Virus record (IMG/VR): IMGVR_UViG_3300035498_000724
Location: 5,952-69,951 of that record
Strand: one strand, 5' to 3'
DNA length: 64,000 nucleotides
DNA from: a virus
The position numbers and the translations under genes were made by a program. Below are positions 1 through 10,872 of the stretch, one piece after another (positions within the stretch are counted from its first letter, which is position 1; each line of letters opens with the position of its first letter). The notes under the pieces are model-generated. The model was not told the origin of the DNA, searched no databases, and saw nothing but the letters and a program-made list of their open reading frames with translations.

Positions 1-26
1 ATGTTTTTGGTTATAATGAATTTGGA

Positions 27-227
27 ATGAAGAGAATTGATTGGTTAATTAAAGATGGGGATAAGGGATATGTTGTTGAGTTTTTTGGAATGATGACAAA
101 TTCACAATATAAACAAAGAGCAATACAAAAAATAGAGTTATGTGAAAAATATAATATTCCATTAATAAAAATATATCCAGAAAACATTAAAGACTTACCA
201 AAAATATTTGAAAAATTTATAAAATAA
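27..227 (+). CDS. hypothetical small protein upstream of tape measure gene
   Basis: 66-aa ORF with no recognisable motif. A 200-nt non-coding gap separates it from the TMP start. The position would fit a tail assembly chaperone, but no slippery site was seen. Confidence 0.3.
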   Translation: MKRIDWLIKDGDKGYVVEFFGMMTNSQYKQRAIQKIELCEKYNIPLIKIYPENIKDLPKIFEKFIK

Positions 228-426
228 AAACACAAATAAAATCCGTAACGACTGAATGTTCAGTACCTTAAATGGTAAAGTTACAGTCTATCCTTATAGA
301 AATATGAGGGGATAGGTCGAGTGTAAAGACACTCTTGGAAGTACCTATCAAACTTACAAAAACTCGCAAACCGTTGCGAGAGCAAGGTTATAAAAGACGA
401 GACAACAGGAAAATTTTAGAGCGTTA

Positions 427-3400
427 ATGAACAACTGGGAAGAAGTTAAAACATTAACGGACGTCGCAGCAGATTCTACAGGTTCAGCATCAAAAAAAAT
501 GGAAACTTATTTGGAATCTATAGAGGCAAAAACAAATGAACTTAAAGCAACTTGGGAAGACCTTGTACTAAGTTTAAATCAAAGTGAAAGTTATAAAAAC
601 TTTTTAGATATATGCATTTGGATTTTAAATAATCTTCCTACAGTTATTGGATATATTAGCTCTTTAGTTGTCCTATTTAAAGGGGCAACCATTTTAAAAG
701 CTATAAAAGAAATAACAACCAACTTTGGTGGATTAAGAAAGGTATTTTCAAATTTAAAAACAGATATTTCATTATTATCATCTGTTTGGGGAATAAATAC
801 AAAAGTTATCTATGCAAACGTTACAGCAGAAGAAGTTGAAGCAGCAACATTAAATGTACTTAGTGGGGCAATAGGATTAGTTATTGCAGGTGTTACTACT
901 GCAATACAAATATACAATTCTTGGAAACAAGCTCAAGTTGATGCTGGAAATACAGCAAGAGAAGAAGCTGATGCATACGAAGATAAAGCAGAAGCAATGG
1001 AAGATGCTATAGAGCAATATAAAGAAATATATAATTCTACAGATGATTATTCAACGAAACAAAGTGAGTTAGAGACTTTATCTGAAAATTTAGTAACTGC
1101 TTATGGAAATGAAGCTGAAGCATTAGATTTATTAAATGGAAAATATGAAGATAATGTCAATGCTATGGAAGCAGCTGCAAATGCAAAAAGAAAACAAGAA
1201 TTAGCAAGTTTAAAGGTATCAGCTGAAAAGGGAGAATCTAATTTAGACAATTGGATTAATTTTGGAAATTTTGGCAATACTTCAGTTAAAGGAAATATTT
1301 CATCAAAAGATAAAAATAATGTTATGGATTTCTTATATAGCATTGCAGGAAATGATATTTCTTATACGACTTCTAAAGCAGCGTATAATAGCTATATTAC
1401 AAAAGATAAAGTTGGAAAATATGATATTACAGGAATTGATTTTGATTACAGTATAACAAATGAACAAGCACAAAAATATGCTCAAAGTATTAATGAGTAT
1501 CTAGCTGAAAATATAGATACTCTTACTGAAGAAACGTATAATACTTTAACTGCTTTATCAGCTCAATTAATTAATGAAGCAGATGCAGATTCGATTTCAC
1601 AATACGAAAATAAACAAAAATATCAACTCGCAAAAGTTACACAAAATAGTGACGGAAGTTATAAACAAGAAATTCAAGACTATAAAACGCAATTAAAAAA
1701 ACAACAAGACTTAGAGAAAAAATATGACGCAGAGACAGACGAAACAAAGAAACAACAACTTAAACAAGAGTTAGCAGATGAATATGAATTAACAAAACAA
1801 GCTTTAGAAAGAGTAAAAGGTTTATATAATTCTGGAGATTCAGACCAATCAACATTATCTGTAAATACAATATTAAATTATCTAGGTTTTGGAGATGATG
1901 GAACTTCAAAAGAAACTTCTAATATATATGCTGGACTAGATGAAAATCAAACAACTATATATAACGAAATTCGAAAAGAATTAGAAGATACTGGAAAATT
2001 AGGTGAAACAGCAAGACAAAAACTAGCAGATTTAAAAAAAGATTTATTAGAAAAAGATGATGGTGAAACTTGGGTAGAAGCATTAAATGACGATTTAAAA
2101 GGAGTAGCAAATGTTTCAAAGGTAAATCTTGATGAAGATAATTTGCAAAATGAATATAATAATGCTACAAATAAAGATACTATAGAACAAAAAGAAGAAG
2201 AATTAAGAAATCTTTTTCAGAAATTACAGGGAGTTGATGACTACTATCAAGAAGCAGGAGGAAGTCTATCTAAAGCAAACGATTTAATTGTAGCAGACCA
2301 AGAAAAATATAAAAATTTACTCAATGAACTTAATACATTAAAGAATGAGAATTATAGTAATATAGGCAATTGGTTAAGTGGAGTAAATGCATCATTATCC
2401 GATATAGGGTTCAATGTTGATGCAAAATGGTATCAAGATTTATCTGAACAGCTAAAAAATGGAGAAATCGATTTTGAACAATTCTATACAACAGTTTCTG
2501 AAAACTGTAAAAAATTAGGAATTGACCTAGAAGACTTAAAAAATGCAACAAGTGATGTAAGCGAAGAAATGAAAGTGCTAGGCTCTCAATCAGACTTTAT
2601 TACTGCAATAGATGAAGTTGATGATTTATATGATAAGGCAGCAAAGCTTAAAAGTGGGAAAACAATAGATAATGATGATATGGTTGAGCTTCGTAATAAA
2701 TACGAAGAAGTTAATGAATACATTGCAGAAACAGGAGACTTAACTTTAAAAAACGGTCAACTATTAATGGACTTAGGAGATGAAGCATATAATAGTGGAC
2801 AAGAAGCTTTACAAAATCAAATTGAATCATTAGAAGAATATCAAGATGCTATTTTAAATACTGTTGATGCAATGGGCATTATGGCAGAGTTTAAAGAAGA
2901 ACTTGCTAAGATAGATAGTGATTTAGCTGATACAATTACTGATAATACAGTAGAAGAAGCAAAAGCTGCTGGGCAATATGTTGATTTTACTCAAGAACAA
3001 GCAGATGGAGCGTATGAAGCATCAGAATCTGTAAAAATGAGTAATCAAAATTTATTAAATTCTGAACAAACCACATTACAAGGAATTTTAGATTCAAAAG
3101 AAGCAGAAGCTGATATGACTGAAACTGCTGCCGAAGCAATATTAGAAGCTAATAATGCAGAACTAGATATGTCTAATATGACTGCTGAAGAAAAAATTCA
3201 GGCGGCAAATGATATTATTGATGCAGAAAATATAAAAACAGATGTAATTGTTGGAGCAAGTGATACTCAAATTGTAGCAGAAGATGCAACTGGCACAGCA
3301 ACAGTGACAAATACTGGAACAATTAAAACTCAACAAGGGATTGCAGCAGCAGCTGCAATTACTGCGGCTCAAGCATTTATTCAATTAAGAATGGCAGCAG

Positions 3401-5979
3401 CAGATGCAGATAGCGAAGAATATCAAACTTTAAGTAATACTAATCAAAAATTAGAAGATTTGTTTGCTAGTTTGGAAGATACTGAAGAAGAAGATTCTTC
3501 TGATGCTGAAAAAGCAGCAGCTGCATATGCAGAAGCTCAAAAAAAAATACAGGAAGCAAAAGCTCGTTTAGGACAATATAGTGGAGTAAATAGCTCTGGT
3601 CATAGCAATTATAATTCTGCTGGTTCATCTTCATCAAATTCATATACTGCCGACGACGCAGCTGATGACCTTAAAGAAATACTTAATGATATAGAGAAAT
3701 ACGAAGCAGATATTGAAGCAGACTTAGAAGACCAAACCGAAGAATATATTAATCAACAAATGTTAGCTTCAAATCGTTTAGATACTCTTAAAGAAGAATT
3801 AGACTACTATGATAGTATATATGATGCTACAGAAGATACTACTAAATGGTTAGAAACTCAAAATAAAATACTAACAAATCAAGCCAAAAAAGTTGGAGCT
3901 TTACAACAAGCTAATGCAAATTATGAAGCACAAAGACAAAAATTAATTGACGAAAATAGTCAATATGATGTAGCTTCTTGGTTTGATAGCGAAGGAAATG
4001 AGACACTAGCATATGGTGATTTGTTAAATAGTTATGCTTATCAAATTAAAGAAATAGAAGAAGCAGCTGCTGCTGAAATGAGAGCCATTTATAATGGAGT
4101 TTCAAACAGCACAGATAAAGATACTATTTCAGATGCAAAAGAAAAAATTAAAAATATCGAGGATGAAGCAGATGTTAAAATAAAAGCTCTTGAAAAGGAA
4201 CAAGAAAAAATTGAAAACATTTATGATAGTGTTAGCCAATTAAATGATGCTTGGAAAGAGAATCAAGAAGCTATTTATGAAGCACTTGAAACATTAAATG
4301 AAAAGATAAAAACAATTCGTGATGAATTACTTGACGACATCACAGAACAACTTGAAAAAGCTGTTGATAAGATGAATGATAGTATTGATAAAGATGTTAC
4401 TAGACTAGAACAGTTAAAACAAGTTCAAGAATCTTATAATGATATATTAAATGATTTATTAGATACTCAACAAGAACTTGAAGATGAATTGAAAACTAAT
4501 ATGGACAGTTATCAATATCTTGATGAAGATATGCGTCAATTAATGTTTAACGAAGACGATTATAAACAATTAAGTAGTGTTATTGAAGGGATTCAATCTG
4601 ACATTGCTGATATTTGGGAAGACCATTATAATCAAATAAATAGCCTTACAGAAGATGAAATGTATAAAGCAGAATATATTACTAATGAAACAGAAAGACA
4701 ATTAGCTGCTAAAGAAAAAGAATATGAATTAGCGAAAGCTGAATTAGACGTTGCAAAAGCACAAACTAATTTACAAAACGTTCAAAATGAAAGAACTACA
4801 AGAATTTATGCTAATGGTCAATGGCAATGGGTTGCAAATCCAGATGACGTAAAATCAGCCGAAGAAGCTCTTTTAGAAGCACAACGTGAAAAGACTAAAT
4901 TAGAACGTGAGCAAGAACAACAACTCCTAGTAGATGAATTGGACGCATTAATAGATGCAGACAATTTACAAATAGATGAAAATAATGAATTGTTAGAAAG
5001 AATAGAAGATGCTATTGAAGAACAGACAACAGAGGTTAAGTCAATTCAAGAGGCATTGGCTAATGCAGCAAATGAAGATTTACCAGCACTAACAGAAATA
5101 TTACAAAACGCTTTTGGTGATGGTGGAGACTTTAAAGAATTATTAATTAACATTAATGAAAGTCAACTTGAATTAGCAGCAGTATTAAAAGGAACTACTT
5201 ATGAACAAGGCGAAGCTTTATTGAAGAGTGGGACATTAAGTCAATCAGAATTTGAAGAATTATATACTAAGTTAGGATATGGTTGGGATGAGAGTACAGG
5301 TACTCTTACAAGAAAAGACCTTACAACATTTAGTGGAAAATATTCTGGTTGGTCAGCATCAAACTCTACAAGTACTCCTTTAAGTACAGCAGAGAATGGT
5401 GTGTCTGTTACTGGAAGTGGAAGTAGTTCAAGTTCTAGTTCAAGTGGTAGCTCAGATAGTAGCTCAGATAACAGTAGTGGCTCTACATTCCCAAGAACAG
5501 GAACTGTTACAACAAATTCTTTACCATTAAGAATTCGTTCTGGTGCAGGAACCCAATATTCTGTATTGGGAAGTATGCCTAAGGGAGCAAGTGTAACTAT
5601 TACTGGTGAAGCTAATAGTGATTGGGCACAAGTTAAATATGGAAATATCAGTGGATACGCTAGCAGGAAATATTTAACATACGACCAAGGTGGTCTAGCT
5701 GGTGGATTAGGTTTCTTGCCAAAAGCTACTATAGAACCTGAACGTGTGCTATCACCAAGACAAACAAAAGCATTTGAGAACTTAGTAAGTAATATAACAA
5801 CAAACCCAGTATTAAATGCTTTAAGTAAAGTTCCAAGTATATCATCTAATTTAAGTGATTTAAGTGGAGAAACAAATAATAGTAAAAACTATTACTTTAG
5901 TAATTTTACAGTTCAAGCAGATGACATTGAACAATTTATAAATAGTATTGAAACAATAATGCCTATGAAAAACAAATAG
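427..5979 (+). CDS. tail tape measure protein with C-terminal SH3b-like domain
   Basis: 1850 aa, Ala/Glu/Lys-rich and coiled-coil-like throughout, with an N-terminal hydrophobic segment (ICIWILNNLPTVIGYISSLVVLF). A poly-Ser linker is followed by an SH3_3-like block (LPLRIRSGAGTQYSVLGSMPKGASVTITG...WAQVKYG). Size and position before the tail-tip genes fit a TMP. Confidence 0.85.
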   Translation: MNNWEEVKTLTDVAADSTGSASKKMETYLESIEAKTNELKATWEDLVLSLNQSESYKNFLDICIWILNNLPTVIGYISSLVVLFKGATILKAIKEITTNFGGLRKVFSNLKTDISLLSSVWGINTKVIYANVTAEEVEAATLNVLSGAIGLVIAGVTTAIQIYNSWKQAQVDAGNTAREEADAYEDKAEAMEDAIEQYKEIYNSTDDYSTKQSELETLSENLVTAYGNEAEALDLLNGKYEDNVNAMEAAANAKRKQELASLKVSAEKGESNLDNWINFGNFGNTSVKGNISSKDKNNVMDFLYSIAGNDISYTTSKAAYNSYITKDKVGKYDITGIDFDYSITNEQAQKYAQSINEYLAENIDTLTEETYNTLTALSAQLINEADADSISQYENKQKYQLAKVTQNSDGSYKQEIQDYKTQLKKQQDLEKKYDAETDETKKQQLKQELADEYELTKQALERVKGLYNSGDSDQSTLSVNTILNYLGFGDDGTSKETSNIYAGLDENQTTIYNEIRKELEDTGKLGETARQKLADLKKDLLEKDDGETWVEALNDDLKGVANVSKVNLDEDNLQNEYNNATNKDTIEQKEEELRNLFQKLQGVDDYYQEAGGSLSKANDLIVADQEKYKNLLNELNTLKNENYSNIGNWLSGVNASLSDIGFNVDAKWYQDLSEQLKNGEIDFEQFYTTVSENCKKLGIDLEDLKNATSDVSEEMKVLGSQSDFITAIDEVDDLYDKAAKLKSGKTIDNDDMVELRNKYEEVNEYIAETGDLTLKNGQLLMDLGDEAYNSGQEALQNQIESLEEYQDAILNTVDAMGIMAEFKEELAKIDSDLADTITDNTVEEAKAAGQYVDFTQEQADGAYEASESVKMSNQNLLNSEQTTLQGILDSKEAEADMTETAAEAILEANNAELDMSNMTAEEKIQAANDIIDAENIKTDVIVGASDTQIVAEDATGTATVTNTGTIKTQQGIAAAAAITAAQAFIQLRMAAADADSEEYQTLSNTNQKLEDLFASLEDTEEEDSSDAEKAAAAYAEAQKKIQEAKARLGQYSGVNSSGHSNYNSAGSSSSNSYTADDAADDLKEILNDIEKYEADIEADLEDQTEEYINQQMLASNRLDTLKEELDYYDSIYDATEDTTKWLETQNKILTNQAKKVGALQQANANYEAQRQKLIDENSQYDVASWFDSEGNETLAYGDLLNSYAYQIKEIEEAAAAEMRAIYNGVSNSTDKDTISDAKEKIKNIEDEADVKIKALEKEQEKIENIYDSVSQLNDAWKENQEAIYEALETLNEKIKTIRDELLDDITEQLEKAVDKMNDSIDKDVTRLEQLKQVQESYNDILNDLLDTQQELEDELKTNMDSYQYLDEDMRQLMFNEDDYKQLSSVIEGIQSDIADIWEDHYNQINSLTEDEMYKAEYITNETERQLAAKEKEYELAKAELDVAKAQTNLQNVQNERTTRIYANGQWQWVANPDDVKSAEEALLEAQREKTKLEREQEQQLLVDELDALIDADNLQIDENNELLERIEDAIEEQTTEVKSIQEALANAANEDLPALTEILQNAFGDGGDFKELLININESQLELAAVLKGTTYEQGEALLKSGTLSQSEFEELYTKLGYGWDESTGTLTRKDLTTFSGKYSGWSASNSTSTPLSTAENGVSVTGSGSSSSSSSSGSSDSSSDNSSGSTFPRTGTVTTNSLPLRIRSGAGTQYSVLGSMPKGASVTITGEANSDWAQVKYGNISGYASRKYLTYDQGGLAGGLGFLPKATIEPERVLSPRQTKAFENLVSNITTNPVLNALSKVPSISSNLSDLSGETNNSKNYYFSNFTVQADDIEQFINSIETIMPMKNK

Positions 5980-6007
5980 GCATTATTTGTTTTATTTAAG
6001 AAAGTAG

Positions 6008-8677
6008 GTGAATTTATGCGGATTATATCAACCATCATTTATGTTACCAAAGAACTCTGCAATAGATGTTACTGATGAAGACGATATGAAGTTTTCGTTT
6101 AAACTAAATGGTAATAACCCATTGGTTGCATACAATATTCAAATCTATGATAATGACACAAATGATTTGGTTTATGAATTAATAAGTACAGAAAATGAAA
6201 GAGCAATCCAAGCACAAATACAAGAATTATCAAATTGGCTTGCAATTCAAGATACAAAACAAGAAAAAGTAGATTCTTCTGAAGAATCATATAATAGTAG
6301 TGAAATAAAGACAAACTTTAGAACAAAACTAAAAAAAGCAATATCTAGCGAAAAAACAAAATTGATTACTATGGAAGAAATCTTACAAAAAAAGAAAGAT
6401 GGAAAATTAACAAGTCAAAGTGACATAACAAAATATTTTGAGTATTGGGGAGACATAGTAACAGATTTAGGAAGTCTTATTGGTGATGAAGATAATCCTA
6501 CTGAAAATACAGGAGAATATGTATTAGATACTATCGAAGACTGGTTAAATATAGACCCAGCGAGAACTGATGGTATAGAATATGAAGATAGTGAAGTAGA
6601 GATTGTTGATAGAACTGCTTTTAATACAGTAAAGAGTATCTATGATGATTTAAAGCAATACTATGAAAATACGCAAAATGCTAGAACTGGAGCTTCAGAT
6701 ACAACTTACATTAATGATACAACTCTAAATAAAGCAAAACAAGCTGCTTATTTAATATATTCAGAATATTCTAATGAGGCGTATTTTGGGAAAGATTTGT
6801 ATGAAGCAATTGACTCAGTATGGACAACTGTAGATTTTGATGATTTAAGAAATGCAATTGACGCTTATACTACAGAATGGACATCAGAAGTTACTCAACA
6901 AGAATATGCGTTAGCACATTTGAATGGTGGAGAAACAACTGAAAAAGTAAGTGTATATCAATCAGCTAGTGCATCTATATCTAATGTTGCATTCGTTTTA
7001 CAAAAAGGAAGCCAAATTGCAATTATACAAGGCGCAACAGAGCCACCATCTGGTTGGTATTATATATCTAGTAGTGGTCAGTTTGGATATATAGAATCTA
7101 AATATGTTAAACTTTACAATATACAAAGTGGGAAATATTATTTAGAGAATCCAGTATATCCAACAGATTCTGAAGGAAATCAAAATACAGTATATCATCA
7201 ATTACCAATAAATGTTTTAGAGAACGGCAAAGCTTATAAGTGGTCTGCGACATTATATTGGAGTACATCTGGAAGATACAATGAAGATGACAAGATAGAT
7301 GGTAGCTTAACAAGTGTTGAAAATTACTTTGATGCTAGAAAGAAACCAACACTTGGATTAAAGAACTATAGACAAGTATTTACAATACCATTTAATTATG
7401 TAACAACTACTAATGATATTAGTATGGTTACAGCTGATAACAATATTGTCACAATTAGTAATGGAAGTTCTGTAAGACTTGTTACTATAGCAGACGACGA
7501 TGAAACGCAAGCTAATATAGAATATATAGATGAAGATACCAATAGTACATATACGGGAACCATTGAGGTTTCAAATTTAAGTGGTTTAGGATTGTATGAT
7601 ACATCAACTAATTATGTATTACAATCTAAAAAAGTAACATTTAAAGGATTATATGAACAAGAACAATATAGTTCAATATCTTACTTTAGATGGATATTAT
7701 ATAAATTACAATCTGATACAGAAGAAGTTACTGAAACTGTAAAAGATACTGGAATGATACCTAGTGTTGATTTTCAATTTTCTTATGATGGATTCTTAAA
7801 TGATGAAAAGTATGCAATACAAATATTTGTTCAAACTTTAGATAATGTAGAGGTTCAAACAGACCTTATTAAATTTAAAGTATCATATATTACTTACGAG
7901 ATAGATAATATGTTGAATGCAGAAAATAGCCCTATTGAACACGGAATTATTGTTGAATGGTCAAATTTAAGATTAATTTCTGGTGAGATTTCAGGAACAA
8001 GTCATTATGAAAGTGGTATTCCAACAGAAGAAAAAACGTCACTAACTTTAGATAAAGATTCTGAGTTAGTGTTTAATAAAGATAAAGGAAAACCTTTATC
8101 TCTTGACTTTGATGCAAATCAAATTTTGTGCACGAGATTTGATGAAGATAGACCAACTGAAGCGCAAGTATATTATACAGCTTCAGGATTAGATGATAAC
8201 GGAGAGGTTATCTCAAAAACTTTACAAATGATACCATTAGATACAACTCAAGAAGATGGTAAGGTAACACTAAGATATACAATAAGAACTGCAAATAGTA
8301 CAGAGTATTATGACCAAACAATTATTGCATCACCATTATATTGGTATGTAATAATTATGAAGAAAGATGGATTTGTAGTATTTACAAAATATGCTCAAGG
8401 TCTATTCCCAGCTCTTGACCAATATCCAAATCTTAATAAATTTACAGGAGATTATGGTGTATATCCAGATGCTCTTACATACCTTGAAGAACCAAGTGAT
8501 AGAGTTGAGTATGATTATCAAACAATCGTTGATAGAGATGGTAATGCAATTGAAAGTGATATAGATGATACAGACGAAACACGTCCAAGTGTTGTTACAG
8601 ACATTGAAGAATCAATTGATATAGTTAATTCTGAAGACCAAACAATTTCAGAGAATGATAGTGATACAAATAAATAG
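6008..8677 (+). CDS. tail protein (distal tail or tail-tip component)
   Basis: 889 aa, immediately downstream of the TMP. The beta-rich composition is typical of tail-tip proteins and it carries an internal SH3-like segment (IAIIQGATEPPSGWYYISSSGQFGYIESKYV). Confidence 0.55.
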   Translation: MNLCGLYQPSFMLPKNSAIDVTDEDDMKFSFKLNGNNPLVAYNIQIYDNDTNDLVYELISTENERAIQAQIQELSNWLAIQDTKQEKVDSSEESYNSSEIKTNFRTKLKKAISSEKTKLITMEEILQKKKDGKLTSQSDITKYFEYWGDIVTDLGSLIGDEDNPTENTGEYVLDTIEDWLNIDPARTDGIEYEDSEVEIVDRTAFNTVKSIYDDLKQYYENTQNARTGASDTTYINDTTLNKAKQAAYLIYSEYSNEAYFGKDLYEAIDSVWTTVDFDDLRNAIDAYTTEWTSEVTQQEYALAHLNGGETTEKVSVYQSASASISNVAFVLQKGSQIAIIQGATEPPSGWYYISSSGQFGYIESKYVKLYNIQSGKYYLENPVYPTDSEGNQNTVYHQLPINVLENGKAYKWSATLYWSTSGRYNEDDKIDGSLTSVENYFDARKKPTLGLKNYRQVFTIPFNYVTTTNDISMVTADNNIVTISNGSSVRLVTIADDDETQANIEYIDEDTNSTYTGTIEVSNLSGLGLYDTSTNYVLQSKKVTFKGLYEQEQYSSISYFRWILYKLQSDTEEVTETVKDTGMIPSVDFQFSYDGFLNDEKYAIQIFVQTLDNVEVQTDLIKFKVSYITYEIDNMLNAENSPIEHGIIVEWSNLRLISGEISGTSHYESGIPTEEKTSLTLDKDSELVFNKDKGKPLSLDFDANQILCTRFDEDRPTEAQVYYTASGLDDNGEVISKTLQMIPLDTTQEDGKVTLRYTIRTANSTEYYDQTIIASPLYWYVIIMKKDGFVVFTKYAQGLFPALDQYPNLNKFTGDYGVYPDALTYLEEPSDRVEYDYQTIVDRDGNAIESDIDDTDETRPSVVTDIEESIDIVNSEDQTISENDSDTNK

Positions 8678-8694
8678 AAGGGAGAGAATAGCAA

Positions 8695-9798
8695 ATGGCT
8701 GCTACAATAAATAAAGTAGAATTACGTGGTGCTCAAACCATAGATTATTTGTGGGTTACAAATACTGATATGACAGCAGATTGGGAAGCTATTCTCAACC
8801 GTGCTGATTATGAGCCAAGTTGGGATATAAACACTCAATTACTTGCTAAGTTTAATAATTCATTAAATGCTGGTAATGCTCCAGAAATAGCAGGTACAAC
8901 ATTACAAGGATGGAAAATTTATAGACAAGATTTAGAAGGTTCGACATTAAAATATGTTAAAACATTAGAACCAGATGATATATTTGTAGTAGATTATAAT
9001 GTTAAATGGGGACAAGAATATAAATATTATTTATTCCCAGATTACGAAGCAGCAATGGGTTCACCATTCGTTTCAGACTCTGTTAAAGCTTGTTGGATTG
9101 ATTGGATATTATTATTATGTAGAGAGGGAGACAATGCTAATGAATTTGCAGTAGAAGAGTCTTTCTTATTCCAATTAAATACACAAAGTGGACAGATGAA
9201 TAATAATGCAGAAGCAAATATATTTAAAACATATCAAAGATATCCTAAAGTAGTAAAAGGACAATCTAATTATTTAAGTGGACAATTATCTAGTTTAGTA
9301 GGATATATGGGAGAAACTGATGGTGAACTTCAATATATTGAAAAATTAGATATGATAAATAGATTAATGGAATTAAATACCGATACTAGAAGAAAATTTC
9401 TAAAAGATAAAAAAGGACACGTTTGGGAGGTAGAATTAACTTCTCCAACTTCTATGGAATATATGGAAAATGTTGCAGGGCAACCTGTTACGGGTGCAAT
9501 ATCTTGGACAGAAGTTGCATCTACTGAAAACATTTCAATATATAATGGAAACGCTAGAGAGTTATGGTTACTTACTACAAGTGGAAGTCCAGAATATAAC
9601 GTTAAATATATTTGGATGGATACAGAATACTGGACACCAAGTAAATACTGGACAGAAGACGGTAGTCCTAAAAATCCAACTTATTTTGACAAACAACAAA
9701 TTGATACTTCTGATGCTACTGCTACTGAAGCAGATATATTATCAGGAAAGACAGCATATGCTAGAGGAGAAAAATTAGTTGGAAGTATGGAAGGATAG
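8695..9798 (+). CDS. tail/baseplate structural protein
   Basis: 367 aa with RBS GGGAGAG upstream. Called from synteny in the tail module. Confidence 0.45.
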   Translation: MAATINKVELRGAQTIDYLWVTNTDMTADWEAILNRADYEPSWDINTQLLAKFNNSLNAGNAPEIAGTTLQGWKIYRQDLEGSTLKYVKTLEPDDIFVVDYNVKWGQEYKYYLFPDYEAAMGSPFVSDSVKACWIDWILLLCREGDNANEFAVEESFLFQLNTQSGQMNNNAEANIFKTYQRYPKVVKGQSNYLSGQLSSLVGYMGETDGELQYIEKLDMINRLMELNTDTRRKFLKDKKGHVWEVELTSPTSMEYMENVAGQPVTGAISWTEVASTENISIYNGNARELWLLTTSGSPEYNVKYIWMDTEYWTPSKYWTEDGSPKNPTYFDKQQIDTSDATATEADILSGKTAYARGEKLVGSMEG

Positions 9799-9809
9799 AA
9801 AGGGAGTGA

Positions 9810-10856
9810 GTGCTAAATATGGCTATAGTTGAGAATTTTTACAATGGAGATAGAGCTAGAGATATTAGAGAATTATTGACTAGTAACTTTGCAAATGTTG
9901 CAAAATATATTCCTAATGATTTTCTTTCATTAACTACAATAGAAAGACAAAATGTAACAGATGATTATAAAACACATTTTAAATTAGTCTTTGATAAAGA
10001 AATGGAACGTGTTTATAGATGGTCTGAAATTAAAAGAAATTGGGAACAATATTTAATTTATGCTTGGGATGACTATGCAAGAACTGAAGCTAATACTAAT
10101 AGTGATAAATCATTCGCAGAAGTTGAGCTTGGAATAGATGAAGATGGAAATAATGACCCATATACTTTTACTTTTTATAGTAGAGGATATAATGAAACAA
10201 ATGGTTCAACAGGTAAAACAGTATATCATCCAAAGCAAGCAAAAGATAGTGTTACTTTAACTGGAGAGAATGTTAAATTTGATGATATCTATAGTGTTCA
10301 AACTATTATACAAAAAATTTTAGATGACTTTGATAGCCTAAATGATTTTGTTGGGGATAGAACTGATATAACTAACAATGCAGACTTAACAGCAAAAACT
10401 GTATCTGGAGCAATTAAAGAAGTTAATAACAAAACTATTGAAAACAAAACAAGATTAGATGATATAGAAAGTGGAGCTACAAAAGTTCCAGAGGCTATAC
10501 ACGCTGAACACGCAGATTTAGCAGATATTGCCACATTAGCAAAAGATAGTGAATTGCTAGGCGGCAACGCTCCAGAATATTATGCAACTAAAGAAGGATT
10601 AGATGAAACAAAAGAATTGTTAGATAATACAGTCGAAAGAGTAGAAGTAAACGAAACAAACATACTAGAACTTCAAACTAAGACTGATGAAACAAACGCA
10701 GATTTAAAAGAATTAGATGAGAGAGAAGCAAAGCATTATACAGAATTCCAAAGAACCCAAGACCAAGTAAATTCTAATACTTCTCAAATTGGAGAATTAG
10801 AAGAGAGCTTAGAAAGTTTAACAACACAAATGGGTTGGGAGATATTATATGTATAA
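9810..10856 (+). CDS. structural protein with C-terminal coiled coil (fibre-like)
   Basis: 348 aa. C-terminal heptad-like region (TKELLDNTVERVEVNETNILELQTKTDETNADLKELDEREAKH). Sits in the tail module. Confidence 0.4.
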   Translation: MLNMAIVENFYNGDRARDIRELLTSNFANVAKYIPNDFLSLTTIERQNVTDDYKTHFKLVFDKEMERVYRWSEIKRNWEQYLIYAWDDYARTEANTNSDKSFAEVELGIDEDGNNDPYTFTFYSRGYNETNGSTGKTVYHPKQAKDSVTLTGENVKFDDIYSVQTIIQKILDDFDSLNDFVGDRTDITNNADLTAKTVSGAIKEVNNKTIENKTRLDDIESGATKVPEAIHAEHADLADIATLAKDSELLGGNAPEYYATKEGLDETKELLDNTVERVEVNETNILELQTKTDETNADLKELDEREAKHYTEFQRTQDQVNSNTSQIGELEESLESLTTQMGWEILYV

Positions 10857-10872
10857 GAAAGGGGAATAAGAA

